DNA of 64,000 nucleotides from an uncultured virus (IMG/VR IMGVR_UViG_3300025674_006584) (lineage: Duplodnaviria > Heunggongvirae > Uroviricota > Caudoviricetes): IMG/VR virus record IMGVR_UViG_3300025674_006584; one strand, written 5' to 3'. Under the pieces are notes generated by a model that worked only from the letters and a program-made list of their open reading frames with translations, did no database searches and was not told where the DNA came from. The position numbers were made by a program, and so were the translations under genes. Numbering within the stretch: the stretch's first letter is position 1; each line of letters starts with the position of its first letter. Shown one piece after another: positions 1 to 11,377 of this stretch.

Positions 1-11
1 GAAGTGGTGAC

Positions 12-1943
12 TTGAACTTAAATGCTGGAACTACAGGTACAATAACATTTAATAAGACTCAGTCATCACCAGAAATTATGGAAATATGGGTATACAGTCA
101 TCCGACTTATAACGGAACTGTATGGTCAGTTGTACCTAACTGTTTCCCTGTCCTAACACCAACACCAACTAACACACCAACTAACACACCAACTAATACA
201 CCAACATTAACATATACAAATACACCAACATTAACATATACACCAACAAATACACCAACAGCAGAAGAAACACCAACACCAACACCTACTAATACTAATA
301 CACCAACATTAACATATACAAATACACCAACATTAACATATACAAATACACCAACACCAACAAATACTCCAAGTAATACACCAACGAGAACTTTAACAAA
401 TACACCAACATTAACATATACAAATACACCAACATTAACATATACAAATACACCAACATTAACATATACAAATACACCAACATTAACATATACACAAACA
501 TTAACACCAACAGAAAGTCAAGAATGGACTTCGTATCTTGTTAGAGGATGTTGTGATGGTATTACTAGTTCTGTGTATCTTTCAGGAACTTATACAAATG
601 GACAGGCCGTAGTTATAGGTACAGATTGTTGGGCTATCATTGGAACTGGCGGTAATGGTGATTTAGGATATGAATCACAGGTTGTTGCTAACTGCGACAC
701 CGCACCATGTAAGGCTTGTCCCTCACCGACAGCTACATCTATACCGACATCTACACCAACATTAACACCAACATTAACACCTACACTGACATCAACACCT
801 ACACCAACACCTACACCAACGTCATTATATACTTTCTATACCGCACCTACAATATGTTGTAATTCAACAGATAGTGTTATAAATACACCTGTTGCTATCC
901 TCTCTTCTTATGGATATTCATCAGGGGCTATTGTTATACTTAATGGACATGCATATACATTGGGTAGTACGTATTCAACACCAACAGGTACTGAAAATTA
1001 TATTTCTAATGTTTCCGCAAGTAGTTATGGTAGTTGTGAATCTGCAGTCTCGGCAGCAGTTACAGCTAATGGAACAACAAGTGGTTGTAGGTACACATTA
1101 AGCGGATGTTGTGGAAGTTCGACATTAAATTATATTGCACCATTTAGTATACAAGGAGCGAATCCATCGAGTTACGCAGCTATTGATAGTTGGATTTTAA
1201 CTGAAGGTGATGCGATTTATACTAATGATGACCCTTCATTCTGTTCTGTAATTTATGAATATGATGGTACTTCATCATTTATTAATACTGAACTAAGCCA
1301 ATTCTCTGATTCCACTACTGACAATTGCGCAGAAGGTAGATGTCTAAGATGTAAAGTAATAGTTGAACCATGTACTGACCCTGGTACTTATTTAAATATG
1401 ATTTATACAACAGGTGATTTAGTCGGTCTTACTACAGGTACTGTACTTAGCGGTGTTACTAGTACAGGAGCATCCCTAAATGGATATAATACAGATTCTG
1501 GACCTGGAGGTTCTAATTATATAATGACTGGTAGTTGTATGACAGTTGTAGACCAATCTAATAGCGGTTCAACTATTGGTTCATTACCATTATACAGTGA
1601 TGGTGCTAGTCAGGGTGGAGTAACTGTAATTTCAGATTGTGAACCTAATACAACAACAGGAGACCAACCTGTTTCATCTGATTGTTGTGAATGTAGAAGT
1701 AATGTTGTTGTAAGAAATAGTTATGGTGATGCAAGTGCAATGGGAGGTGGTACTAGTATTACATTCTCTTGGTTAACTTGCGGTGGTCAATCCGATTCTT
1801 ACGTATTAGCGGCTGGTGTATTAGAACCAACAACCTACACAATAACTGATTGTATACAATATGAAACATTGAGTTGGGACCCTGACCCAGGTGGTGATGT
1901 AACTAATGCGGGTGATTGTTGTTATGAAGGGGCCGCACCATAA
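12..1943 (+). CDS. Pro/Thr-repeat, Cys-rich putative virion (tail/fibre-associated) protein, 5' partial
   Basis: Frame is open from the window edge; long [13 protein letters not shown] tracts followed by CC-containing modules; next to other virion-like genes. Confidence 0.6.
   Translation: MNLNAGTTGTITFNKTQSSPEIMEIWVYSHPTYNGTVWSVVPNCFPVLTPTPTNTPTNTPTNTPTLTYTNTPTLTYTPTNTPTAEETPTPTPTNTNTPTLTYTNTPTLTYTNTPTPTNTPSNTPTRTLTNTPTLTYTNTPTLTYTNTPTLTYTNTPTLTYTQTLTPTESQEWTSYLVRGCCDGITSSVYLSGTYTNGQAVVIGTDCWAIIGTGGNGDLGYESQVVANCDTAPCKACPSPTATSIPTSTPTLTPTLTPTLTSTPTPTPTPTSLYTFYTAPTICCNSTDSVINTPVAILSSYGYSSGAIVILNGHAYTLGSTYSTPTGTENYISNVSASSYGSCESAVSAAVTANGTTSGCRYTLSGCCGSSTLNYIAPFSIQGANPSSYAAIDSWILTEGDAIYTNDDPSFCSVIYEYDGTSSFINTELSQFSDSTTDNCAEGRCLRCKVIVEPCTDPGTYLNMIYTTGDLVGLTTGTVLSGVTSTGASLNGYNTDSGPGGSNYIMTGSCMTVVDQSNSGSTIGSLPLYSDGASQGGVTVISDCEPNTTTGDQPVSSDCCECRSNVVVRNSYGDASAMGGGTSITFSWLTCGGQSDSYVLAAGVLEPTTYTITDCIQYETLSWDPDPGGDVTNAGDCCYEGAAP
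198..494 (+). repeat. 24-bp coding tandem repeat acaccaacattaacatatacaaat (TPTLTYTN)
   Basis: Exact copies at 198-221, 300-347 (x2) and 402-473 (x3), plus partial copies; no spacers. Confidence 0.9.
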
Positions 1944-1951
1944 AATAGGTT

Positions 1952-2281
1952 ATGATTTATTTTGATAAATCAAATATTCATGGTAGGGGTGTCTTTAGTA
2001 AAGTTGAAATATTAAAAGATACTTTAATAGAAAAAATACCATATCTTGAGGTAAAAAGAGAAAAAATTGTAGATGAAAATCTGAATAAATACACTTTTGG
2101 AATCTCTAAAGAAAGTGTGTGTATAATGTTTTCTTATAGTTCACTTATAAATCATTCTGACACACCTAATTGTGTGATAAGGAAGAATGAAGAAGTAAAA
2201 ATTTTAGAATTATATTCTTTAATAGATATTGACAAAAATGAAGAACTTACTATAAAATATGGTGAAGATGTTTCATTTTAA
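1952..2281 (+). CDS. SET-domain lysine methyltransferase
   Basis: HGRGVF, LINHSDTPN, EELTIKYG motifs. Confidence 0.85.
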   Translation: MIYFDKSNIHGRGVFSKVEILKDTLIEKIPYLEVKREKIVDENLNKYTFGISKESVCIMFSYSSLINHSDTPNCVIRKNEEVKILELYSLIDIDKNEELTIKYGEDVSF

Positions 2282-2627
2282 ATTATATGTAAAAAATTCT
2301 GAAGGTAAGGGTAACGGTGTGTTTACAAAAGAGTTTATACCTAAAGGAGAATGTATTGAAGTATCACCGTTTTTAGTAATAGACAAAAAAATCGTCTCAA
2401 ACGGTATAGGTACTAAAAATAATCTTAATCAACACTTATACAAACATAAAGAACACTACCATATAGTTTTAGGGTATGGTTCATTATATAACCATAATGA
2501 CGAACCAAATATAAATTTTATAATAGATATTGATAGAGGTATTTACGAGTATTACTCTATAAAGGATATAAATGAAGATGAAGAAATTTTTTTAAATTAT
2601 GGAATTAAAAAAAATGAATGGGTTTAA
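2259..2627 (+). CDS. SET-domain lysine methyltransferase (paralogue)
   Basis: KGNGVF, GSLYNHNDEPN, EEIFLNYG motifs. Confidence 0.85.
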   Translation: MVKMFHFKLYVKNSEGKGNGVFTKEFIPKGECIEVSPFLVIDKKIVSNGIGTKNNLNQHLYKHKEHYHIVLGYGSLYNHNDEPNINFIIDIDRGIYEYYSIKDINEDEEIFLNYGIKKNEWV

Positions 2628-2688
2628 TAAACATTTATTAAAAGGAATATCTTATTACATTATTTCTTAATTAAGATATTTATTTGTA

Positions 2689-5394
2689 ATGGCACAAATA
2701 TCAGGAAATACATGTAATATTATTACGATAGCACCTATGGAAGTTGAGTGTTATGTAACTAATGCCTCTAACGCAGATACACAGAATGGTTCAATACAAT
2801 TATATATTAATGGTGGTACTGCACCTTATACAGTAGTTTGGAACAATGGTACACAAGGAACCTATATAGGAGGACTATCACCGGGAAATTATACGGCAAC
2901 AGTGACCGACTATCAAGGGGACTACGTTATTAGTAAAACTTGTACCGTCCAATTACAAAGTACCGCGGATACAGGTAGGGATGACCCATATTTGAATAAG
3001 TTTTTTAAATGTGACGATTCTTATAATCCTGACATATATGTTTTTTATGATGGTGTTAGTCTAAATACTAATACATTATCATTAACATCTGAATCAATAC
3101 GTTCCTCATACCAAGGATTAGTTAATAATGGTTTTGGTGGTCAATTATATGAAGGAGTTATAGGTTCTAAAAATAATAATGGTGAAAACTGGTTATGGTG
3201 GGCGACATATCCTTATTTGGGGTCACTGACAGGTGGTACATTATCGGATAGTACAGTAGTAAGTTCATTTGGTATAAACGGAGAATCGGTAGACAACTCC
3301 GTTTATGATTCAAGATGGTGTCAATCAAATGATTCAGGAAAATGTGTACCTAATAATCCATCTTTTAATTTTAGTACTACAACACCTGAAGGACTCACAT
3401 CAGACATATACAAAAGGATAAATAATGGATATCAACTAACAGGTACTTATGGTATAAATGATAGTCGAACTAATGGTGTACCATTTACAGTTACATCATC
3501 TATGGATGGTAATAGTAGTACAGTATACGGTGATTTTATAGGAGGTCAAATAGAGTATAAGGTAATAATAATAACAAATAATGCAGATGATGAAGTCGGT
3601 ATGTATCACGGTAAAGTACCTGTTTATGATAACGTACCTTACAAAGATTTTTTAATTTTTAATCCTTTTGAATTATATGGAGATTATTGGAATGTACAAA
3701 CAGAAAAAGAATACACTAATAGGTTTGAATATGAATACGAATCTTTCTTAAAGGTATGGGAAGATATAAAAGACCAAAACGGGGAATTTGATGGATTAGT
3801 TTATCCAAATATCACTAATAGTGGTTCAAGTATACCATATTTACAACATTTAGTTGCATCAATAGAGGGGGACACTATAAGTAATACTGAATTTCAGACT
3901 AAATATGACAGTGATATACAAAGTGTTGGACCTTTAAATTTAAATTTAATTAATTTAGAAACACAAAACGTATATAAAGAATTAACAGGTACAACGACAT
4001 ATAGTAATTTAGCTTTAGAATATAAAAATGGTGCAGGACTTAAGAACTTTGGATGGCAAACAAACCCTACTATAGTATTTGATAATCAAACAAACATATC
4101 AAATAAATTTACTAAATACTTAAATAATGACGCATTAACAAGTACGGAATTATATACAAATACTCTGAATGGTATTATTGAAAATAAAGTATATAAACTT
4201 AGTGGAATAACGGGATGTTATTCATATGATAGTACCGTTCTTAATACAGGTCAAACATATCAGGTTACAGTTGTAGATAGCGTTTATAATGAATGTATAA
4301 ACTGCGACCCATCAACACCAAATCCCGTCATACAACCAAAATTATGTCTAACGTCTAATGATGTACAGTATACGTTTACACAGACAGGTGTTGATGTTAA
4401 TGGTAATTTTACATGGGAAAATTCAGGTAATTCTATAACTATACAATATAGTATATCTAATGACAGATGGGAAGTAACTCCATGGTCAAACATAGGTGAA
4501 GGACTAATGATACAAAACTCAAACAGTATTATACCTATAGGTACTTGGGTTAACATTGGTGTGTCGAGACCTGATAATTGGACTATAATAGAAGGTGAAT
4601 GTTTGGGACTACCTATAACTGTTAACGCAACAACATATAATGAAGTATGTGAGGGTGATAATAATGGTTCTGTAATTCTAGAGGCATCTGGAGGTCAACC
4701 TCCATACTCTTATAGAATACCTAATGTTGCACCATATCCCGCATATTCATCATCAGGATTATTTTTAAACTTAATACCTGATAGTTATGTTGGTGAAGTT
4801 TCAGGTACTTCGGGTAGTGCTACAGTCGCATTTACAATTAATGAAGGTAGTCCAGAAACAGAGTATATTATATCTACAACATATGAACAACAATCTTTAT
4901 TTGGAGGAGCACTTAGTTGGTCCTACGATGTTCAGGTAACACCTACTTTACCCACTAATATCACTTTAAATTTTGATATTGAATTAACACATCAAAGAAT
5001 AGAAAGAGATTCAGGTATCGCTAGCTTTAGTCAATCACACCAAATAGTTAAAAATGGTAATTTAAATTTATCGTATGATACAACTTCAGACATTGTTAAT
5101 ACAACTAATGTATGTAGTGACACTGTCGTGGAAACTAACACTACATTTAAACAAAACGCTAATTCAGTTAATATGTCAGGTGGTGACACTATTGTTGGTT
5201 CAGTAACACAATCTGTTATAATAGATGGTGGTGGTGCAGCTTGCAGTCCTGAAGATTGTCAGATGTTAGGTAAATATATTACATCTTTACAAATAAAGAA
5301 CATTTCAGTAGTAGGTGGTAGTAGTTGTGATAGTGCAATATATCCAACACCGTTATCTAATATCACAGTAAGTGAACAAGATTGTTCTTCTTAA
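2689..5394 (+). CDS. Large SprB-repeat-containing putative virion protein
   Basis: NGSIQLYINGGTAPYTVVWNNG...GLSPGNYTATVTD and a second NGSVILEASGGQPPYSY repeat; TATTTAT 5 nt upstream of the ATG. Confidence 0.6.
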   Translation: MAQISGNTCNIITIAPMEVECYVTNASNADTQNGSIQLYINGGTAPYTVVWNNGTQGTYIGGLSPGNYTATVTDYQGDYVISKTCTVQLQSTADTGRDDPYLNKFFKCDDSYNPDIYVFYDGVSLNTNTLSLTSESIRSSYQGLVNNGFGGQLYEGVIGSKNNNGENWLWWATYPYLGSLTGGTLSDSTVVSSFGINGESVDNSVYDSRWCQSNDSGKCVPNNPSFNFSTTTPEGLTSDIYKRINNGYQLTGTYGINDSRTNGVPFTVTSSMDGNSSTVYGDFIGGQIEYKVIIITNNADDEVGMYHGKVPVYDNVPYKDFLIFNPFELYGDYWNVQTEKEYTNRFEYEYESFLKVWEDIKDQNGEFDGLVYPNITNSGSSIPYLQHLVASIEGDTISNTEFQTKYDSDIQSVGPLNLNLINLETQNVYKELTGTTTYSNLALEYKNGAGLKNFGWQTNPTIVFDNQTNISNKFTKYLNNDALTSTELYTNTLNGIIENKVYKLSGITGCYSYDSTVLNTGQTYQVTVVDSVYNECINCDPSTPNPVIQPKLCLTSNDVQYTFTQTGVDVNGNFTWENSGNSITIQYSISNDRWEVTPWSNIGEGLMIQNSNSIIPIGTWVNIGVSRPDNWTIIEGECLGLPITVNATTYNEVCEGDNNGSVILEASGGQPPYSYRIPNVAPYPAYSSSGLFLNLIPDSYVGEVSGTSGSATVAFTINEGSPETEYIISTTYEQQSLFGGALSWSYDVQVTPTLPTNITLNFDIELTHQRIERDSGIASFSQSHQIVKNGNLNLSYDTTSDIVNTTNVCSDTVVETNTTFKQNANSVNMSGGDTIVGSVTQSVIIDGGGAACSPEDCQMLGKYITSLQIKNISVVGGSSCDSAIYPTPLSNITVSEQDCSS

Positions 5395-5428
5395 TATAAT
5401 AAAATAATAGATTGAATATTTATAAACA

Positions 5429-7660
5429 ATGGGATATATAATTAAAGACACCGCCGCGTTACTAACAACAAAGTTAACAGATGCTGCCCGAAGAAAAATG
5501 TCTGAAGGTACGTTTAATATATCTTATTTCCAAATAGGTGATAGTGAAGTTTGTTACGACTGTATTGATGGGGAGATATTGAGTAACGGTATGGTATTAG
5601 ATAGTGAATATAATGCAAAAAGTCTTTCACCTATTCCAGAAAAAAATCAAGCTAATATAAAGTATCCTATTTATACCGACTCAAACTCAACAAATACGTT
5701 TGGTATACCTGTTAAATCTTCATATATTGATAACATTTTTAATACTGCAGCACCTAGAGGATTTTTCGCCACTGGTAGTACGTCAGATTTTAATAGAGTG
5801 ATATATACCTCAGGGTATACAAAAAATCCAAATTGGGTCTCAGACATCTCAAATATTAATTCAGGTCAAACACTTACACTTACTTATAATGAATTAAGTG
5901 CTAGTGTAAACGGACAGGCTGAGGTCGGAGATTTTATAACGATTTATTATGAAAGTGTAGGTAGCTTAAGTGCAATAACTAATAACTATCCAATATTAAC
6001 ATACAAGGTTTTATCAGTTACAGGTGATACATCAGGTAGTACAGGTACTGTTTATTTACAATTAGATAGAGATTTACCAAGATATGGTACTGAAGGTTAT
6101 ACAGGTTTAACTAGAGCGATGATTTATCCCTCAGGAATGACTGAATTATATGATACATTTACTCCTGAATTTTATTGGAATCAAGACGCTATTGATTTTG
6201 AAAGTAATTGTGATGTATCAAATACGGATGTCAAAATATGGAATATGAATATCCCATGGACTGAGTCACCGGCAGGAGTATTCTCAACAACACATCAAGG
6301 GTTTACTAATTACGATTCTAAAAAATATGTAGGTACAAAAGAATATTTAGGTTATAATACTAATTCAGGTCAGACTGATAGTGGCGGTACATATTATTAT
6401 AATTCATTTTCAGAAAAAATAAATTTATCACCCTCTAATCAAAAATCAATTGCTATTGTTCATTACACTAATCAATCTATAGATAATTTGTATGGTGAAA
6501 AGTTTGCATTACAACCATATGATAGTTTATATCCTAACAACACAGGACAGGCTAGAAACTTTAAAATACACATTCCATGGTTAATGTGGCATAAATCAAA
6601 TAATAGTGAAATCGGTGAAACTTTCTACGTTGACCCACCTGGATTTGATTCACTAAATTTATTTACGGTACATTACTTGAAGTCAAATGTTAACAGTAAT
6701 ATGAATAATCCTGGTTTAAGATACTATCACTTGTGGGATACTAACACTAATAGTAATGGTTACCCTAATAGAGTAGGTAAGGTATGGCCTGATTTAAAAA
6801 TAATTACTTTTGATGATGATGAAATAATTGCGGCATTAAGTTATAAGTCAAATAGAAACTGGACTTTACCCGCACCTAAATTAGGTTTAATTGTTCCTAA
6901 TTCGTTTGATGGTAGTGTTAGTAGTGGTGAAGGAATATTAAGTGGTAGTTCACAATCTTTATGGGTAACTTATAGATTTAACAGTATATCAGATACAAAT
7001 AGTTTACATTGTAACTATTATACTTTAATTTCAGGTACTGACCCTGAGTGTCCACCTGATAGTGCTGACGTAACATTTAGGTTGGGTGACGAATTCCCGT
7101 TTATGATGGGAGATAATACAACACCATATGTTAGTGGATTTAACGCTAATGAAATAACAATATTAGTACAAAAAGTCGCAACAGGACAAAAACCATTACC
7201 TGATGGTTGGTATGAAATAGACGTCACCAATCAGATGAGTGCATATACAGAGAATAATTTTATTACTGTAGATGGATTAAAGAAAACTACATTCTTAATA
7301 ACAAAAACAGACTTTGATAATGCAGTGTCTTCAGGAAATAGTTATAGATTAAATAATTATATTGACATACCACAACAAGGAGATACAGGTGCAACATTAA
7401 ACTTTGGAGGAGAATACTTCTTCTACGGGACAGTCCAAACTGACATACAAGCCACAATATATGTTATGAACTACTTATGTAACTTAGGTAGTACACAATT
7501 TCTAAATTCAAGTAACCCTACTTGGAGTAATACAGATAGTATTTATGTATCTGAAATTGGACTTTACGATAATGAAAAAAATCTTATGATTATTACTAAA
7601 GTACAATCACCTGAAAAAAGATTAGGTGTACAACAGTACAGTATAAAGTTTGATTTTTAA
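5429..7660 (+). CDS. Putative virion baseplate/tail-collar-like structural protein
   Basis: N-terminal KLTDAARRKM..ISYFQIGDSE and C-terminal VSEIGLYDNEKNL, resembling tail-collar/fibre-attachment domains. Confidence 0.55.
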   Translation: MGYIIKDTAALLTTKLTDAARRKMSEGTFNISYFQIGDSEVCYDCIDGEILSNGMVLDSEYNAKSLSPIPEKNQANIKYPIYTDSNSTNTFGIPVKSSYIDNIFNTAAPRGFFATGSTSDFNRVIYTSGYTKNPNWVSDISNINSGQTLTLTYNELSASVNGQAEVGDFITIYYESVGSLSAITNNYPILTYKVLSVTGDTSGSTGTVYLQLDRDLPRYGTEGYTGLTRAMIYPSGMTELYDTFTPEFYWNQDAIDFESNCDVSNTDVKIWNMNIPWTESPAGVFSTTHQGFTNYDSKKYVGTKEYLGYNTNSGQTDSGGTYYYNSFSEKINLSPSNQKSIAIVHYTNQSIDNLYGEKFALQPYDSLYPNNTGQARNFKIHIPWLMWHKSNNSEIGETFYVDPPGFDSLNLFTVHYLKSNVNSNMNNPGLRYYHLWDTNTNSNGYPNRVGKVWPDLKIITFDDDEIIAALSYKSNRNWTLPAPKLGLIVPNSFDGSVSSGEGILSGSSQSLWVTYRFNSISDTNSLHCNYYTLISGTDPECPPDSADVTFRLGDEFPFMMGDNTTPYVSGFNANEITILVQKVATGQKPLPDGWYEIDVTNQMSAYTENNFITVDGLKKTTFLITKTDFDNAVSSGNSYRLNNYIDIPQQGDTGATLNFGGEYFFYGTVQTDIQATIYVMNYLCNLGSTQFLNSSNPTWSNTDSIYVSEIGLYDNEKNLMIITKVQSPEKRLGVQQYSIKFDF

Positions 7661-7665
7661 TTTAT

Positions 7666-8268
7666 ATGTCAAAAAATACACTCAAGAATTCCCCAAAAGT
7701 TTTGGGGTTAGATATCTCAACTAAAACTATAGGATGGGCATTATTTGATTTACATACACAAAACCTTTTAGAGTTAACACATGTATCACCGGTAATTAAA
7801 CCAAGGCCAGAGGATAAAGTAGAAGAGTTAATGTATAAAGTTGATGCTTTTGAAGAAAAACTAAAAAATTATAAAGATTTAGGAATTACTAAAGTTATTA
7901 TAGAAGAGCCACTACTTAATTCGAATAATGTATGGACTGTTGGAACATTACTAAGATATAATTCTATGATTTCTAGGTCTATTTATAGAGTATTAGGTAT
8001 AATACCAAAATATATCTCAACCTATAACTCAAGAAAATACGCTTGGCCTGAGTTAGTACAGGAAAACGATAAAGGTAAAAGAGTTTTATTCGGAGGGTTA
8101 CCAAAAGACATTGATAAAAAAGAAATTATTTGGAATAAAGTCTCAAATAAAGAACCACAGATAGTTTGGTTATATACTAGAAATAACACCTTAAAGAAGG
8201 AATGTTTTGACCAAGCAGACGCTTATACATGTGTATTAGGATATATGAAAAAAGAGAAAATTTGGTAA
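7666..8268 (+). CDS. RuvC-like Holliday junction resolvase
   Basis: VLGLDISTKTIGWA, VIIEEP, DQADA acidic motifs. Confidence 0.75.
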   Translation: MSKNTLKNSPKVLGLDISTKTIGWALFDLHTQNLLELTHVSPVIKPRPEDKVEELMYKVDAFEEKLKNYKDLGITKVIIEEPLLNSNNVWTVGTLLRYNSMISRSIYRVLGIIPKYISTYNSRKYAWPELVQENDKGKRVLFGGLPKDIDKKEIIWNKVSNKEPQIVWLYTRNNTLKKECFDQADAYTCVLGYMKKEKIW

Positions 8269-8316
8269 TTTACTTTTTAAAAAAAGTTTTGTACTTTTTT
8301 AAAAAAGTTAAATTAA

Positions 8317-8967
8317 ATGGCGAACGGTATCTACAAGGTCACTGAAGATTTTGAAAAAAAATTATCGGACTATACAGGGGCACCTTATGTGGTGACAGTT
8401 GATAATATGTCTAATGCTTTATTTTTAGCATTATATTATGAAAATTATGTTAAAAAATCAATTAAGGATAAAATAACTATTCCTTGTAGAACTTATCCAT
8501 CAGTACCTTGTGAGATAATACATGCTGGACTAAAAGTTGAATTCGAACCTGTCAAAGGTAAAACGATTAAAGGTATGTATCAACTAAAAGGTTCCAATGT
8601 ATGGGATTCAGCACTTACTTTTACTGCAGATATGTATAAAAATAATCAACATATCTGTGTTTCATTTACTGGACCATATAAACACTTTAAATTAAGTAAG
8701 GGAGGTGCAATATTAACGGATAATCATGATGCTTATCTGTGGTTCAAAAGAGCAAGATATAGTGGTAGAAGAGAATGCTCATATCATGATGATAATTTAG
8801 ATATGTTAGGTTGGAACTTTTATATGATGCCTGAGTTAGCGGCTAGAGGATGTCTACTTATGGGACAGTTCTATGATATTAATGGTAATAAAAAACATAA
8901 TGAAGATTTAGAGTTACCATACCCTGATTTAAGTAAATTTAAAATATATACTAAAACTGATAATTAA
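8317..8967 (+). CDS. Short DegT/DnrJ/EryC1/StrS-family PLP aminotransferase
   Basis: FEKKLSDYTG, DSA, SFTGPYKHF..GGAILT, GWNFYM; only 216 aa. Confidence 0.8.
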   Translation: MANGIYKVTEDFEKKLSDYTGAPYVVTVDNMSNALFLALYYENYVKKSIKDKITIPCRTYPSVPCEIIHAGLKVEFEPVKGKTIKGMYQLKGSNVWDSALTFTADMYKNNQHICVSFTGPYKHFKLSKGGAILTDNHDAYLWFKRARYSGRRECSYHDDNLDMLGWNFYMMPELAARGCLLMGQFYDINGNKKHNEDLELPYPDLSKFKIYTKTDN

Positions 8968-8968
8968 T

Positions 8969-9634
8969 ATGAAAAGGATTGTATTAATAGGGGGAGGGAA
9001 TCAAGCCCATTATACTGCGGATATTATTAATAAAGAAGGAAAATATAATATTGTAGGTATAATAGATTCTATACATGAAATAGGTAGTGATAGATTTGGT
9101 TATAAAGTTTTAGGTAGACAAGAAAATTTAGAAAAATTAATATATGAATATGATATTGAAGGAGGTGTAATATCGATAGGTGATAATTGGATTAGATACC
9201 ATGTTTATAATCAAATAAAAGAGTTAGTACCTAATTTTAATTTTGTTAATGCTATTCACCCTTCAGTTATTATTGGTGAAAATGTGAAGATAGGTAAAGG
9301 TGTCGTTATGATGGCTGGATGTATAATTAATCCTAAGTCAAAAATAGGTAACTTTACATTTTTTGCCACAGGGGCTCAAGTAGAACATGACTGTATTATT
9401 GGTGATTATGCTAGTATATCTGCCGGTTCTATAACCGGTGGTTATGTACAATTAAAAGATTTTTCAGCAATTACATTAGGGGTTACAATAATAGATAGAT
9501 TAGTTATAGGTGAGAATACAGTAGTAGGTTCAGGTAGTTTAGTAGTTAAAGACTTACCTGATAATGTTTTAGCTTACGGTAATCCTGCTAAGATAATAAG
9601 AAACAGAAAAAAAGGAGAAAAATTCTTAAAATGA
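8969..9634 (+). CDS. NeuD/PglD-family sugar acetyltransferase (hexapeptide repeat)
   Basis: IGGGNQA, SIGDN, IHPS, VEHDC, YGNPAK. Confidence 0.9.
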   Translation: MKRIVLIGGGNQAHYTADIINKEGKYNIVGIIDSIHEIGSDRFGYKVLGRQENLEKLIYEYDIEGGVISIGDNWIRYHVYNQIKELVPNFNFVNAIHPSVIIGENVKIGKGVVMMAGCIINPKSKIGNFTFFATGAQVEHDCIIGDYASISAGSITGGYVQLKDFSAITLGVTIIDRLVIGENTVVGSGSLVVKDLPDNVLAYGNPAKIIRNRKKGEKFLK

Positions 9635-10407
9635 TAGAAGAAGACATTTTTAATTTAAAAACTAAAGGATATGTCATACTAAGAGAGTGGGTATCCAAAG
9701 AACAGTTATCTAAAATAGATAGAGTATTACCAAAATTATTTGATGAACATAAAAAAATTAGAGAAAAAAATAATAATGGTATAACATCAGATGGAGTTGC
9801 AATGAATGTTTTAGCGAGTGATGATACATTTATTGATTTTGTACAAGAAATGATAGATAAAGGATTAATTAATTCTTTAGAGAAAAATTATTTTGGTGGT
9901 AAATGTATATTAAATTCTTTTAGTGCGTTAAGTAATATAAAATCAGAATCTGATTTATTTTATAAAAAAGTGCATAGAGATATCAGAGGATATTCAGGAA
10001 AGGTACCATTACTTTTAAATATTTTAGTTATGGTAGACGATTTTACGATTGAAAATGGTGGTACATTACTACTACCCTATTCTCACTTAATAGAGGAAGA
10101 ACCTAGTAAAGAATTTTGGGAAGAAAACTGTAAGTCTATGACTGGTAGTGCAGGAGATATTATAATATGGAACTCTAATATTTTTCATGCTTCAGGCATA
10201 AATAAAACGACACAAATTAGGAGAGGATTACCAATAACACTTTCGTTACCATATTATAAACAATTATTAGATTACCCAAGAGCTATAGGATATGAAAGGA
10301 AAGATGAATTCTCAGATAAAATGCAACAAATATTAGGATACCACAACAGAGTTCCGTCTTCACTAAATGAGTGGTATTCACCTGAGGAAAACAGATTATA
10401 TAAGTAA
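9631..10407 (+). CDS. PhyH-family 2OG-Fe(II) dioxygenase
   Basis: HRD, DDFTIENGGT..P.SH, AGD....S.IFHASG.N. Confidence 0.85.
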   Translation: MIEEDIFNLKTKGYVILREWVSKEQLSKIDRVLPKLFDEHKKIREKNNNGITSDGVAMNVLASDDTFIDFVQEMIDKGLINSLEKNYFGGKCILNSFSALSNIKSESDLFYKKVHRDIRGYSGKVPLLLNILVMVDDFTIENGGTLLLPYSHLIEEEPSKEFWEENCKSMTGSAGDIIIWNSNIFHASGINKTTQIRRGLPITLSLPYYKQLLDYPRAIGYERKDEFSDKMQQILGYHNRVPSSLNEWYSPEENRLYK

Positions 10408-10447
10408 TAAAAATTGATTAACAATTCTTTTTTGTCTACCTTTTAGT

Positions 10448-11377
10448 ATGGAACATACAGATGAAGGTTTAATTGTTGATATGTTGACAGGAATGTTTGG
10501 TGACGCTCATAATCACAATGAGTACCGTCACCAAATTTCTTTTGATTGTCCTGTGTGTTCATACGATATTAAAGGTTTGGATAAGGGAGACGGAAAAGGA
10601 AACCTTGAAGTCAACTACGGTGACCACGTATTCAAATGTTGGGCATGTGCCGAGACACACAACACAAAAGGTCATTTAGGTTGGCTTATAGAAAGATATG
10701 GGGGTAAAAAAGACAAACAATACTATGAACTTATCAGACCCGACGAGTTTATCAAAGAAGATAAACAATACAAAAAGTTAGTACTACCAAAAGAATACCA
10801 CAAGTTTGAGGATGTGAGTGATATATTTCCTGAGAAAAGAAGAGCCATGAACTATTTAAAGAGTCGTGGCATCACCCAAGAGATTATAGATAAGTACGAC
10901 ATAGGTTTTGCTTACGAAGGTGACTATGCGGGTCGTATAATTGTTCCTTCGTTTGATAATGAGGGTAAACTAAACTACTTTGTGAGTAGAAGTTGGAACC
11001 CTAATACAAGAATGAAATACAAAAACCCTGAAGCCGCTAAGGAGTTTCTTATCTTTAATGAGAGTAGAATAGATTGGAATGAAGATATATGGATAGTAGA
11101 AGGTGTATTTGACGGATTCTTTGTACCAAACTCAATACCACTACTTGGCAAGTTCATAAATGATAATTTATGGGAGGTTCTCTATGAAAGAGCCAAGAAA
11201 GATATTATAATTTGTCTTGATGATGACGCTTGGGAAGATGCAAAGAAACTTTACTATAAGTTGTCAGGTGGTAAATTATATGGTAGAGTAAAAATAGTTA
11301 AACTACCTGAGGGTAAAGACTTAGGAGATTTGAGAGGTGAGATACCTGAAGGTTCATATATAGAATTAGAGAAATAA
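10448..11377 (+). CDS. DNA primase (Zn finger + TOPRIM)
   Basis: CPVC...CWAC, YLKSRGI, KYKNP, IVEGVFD, LDDD. Confidence 0.9.
   Translation: MEHTDEGLIVDMLTGMFGDAHNHNEYRHQISFDCPVCSYDIKGLDKGDGKGNLEVNYGDHVFKCWACAETHNTKGHLGWLIERYGGKKDKQYYELIRPDEFIKEDKQYKKLVLPKEYHKFEDVSDIFPEKRRAMNYLKSRGITQEIIDKYDIGFAYEGDYAGRIIVPSFDNEGKLNYFVSRSWNPNTRMKYKNPEAAKEFLIFNESRIDWNEDIWIVEGVFDGFFVPNSIPLLGKFINDNLWEVLYERAKKDIIICLDDDAWEDAKKLYYKLSGGKLYGRVKIVKLPEGKDLGDLRGEIPEGSYIELEK

Noticed and set aside
150..830. 24-bp and 6/12-bp tandem repeats as a CRISPR array or DGR repeat
   Set aside because: No spacers, all in-frame Pro/Thr coding repeats, and no cas operon or reverse transcriptase in the window
8269..8316. Twin acttttt-aaaaaaagt palindromes as operator sites
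   Set aside because: Low-complexity A/T runs in an AT-rich genome
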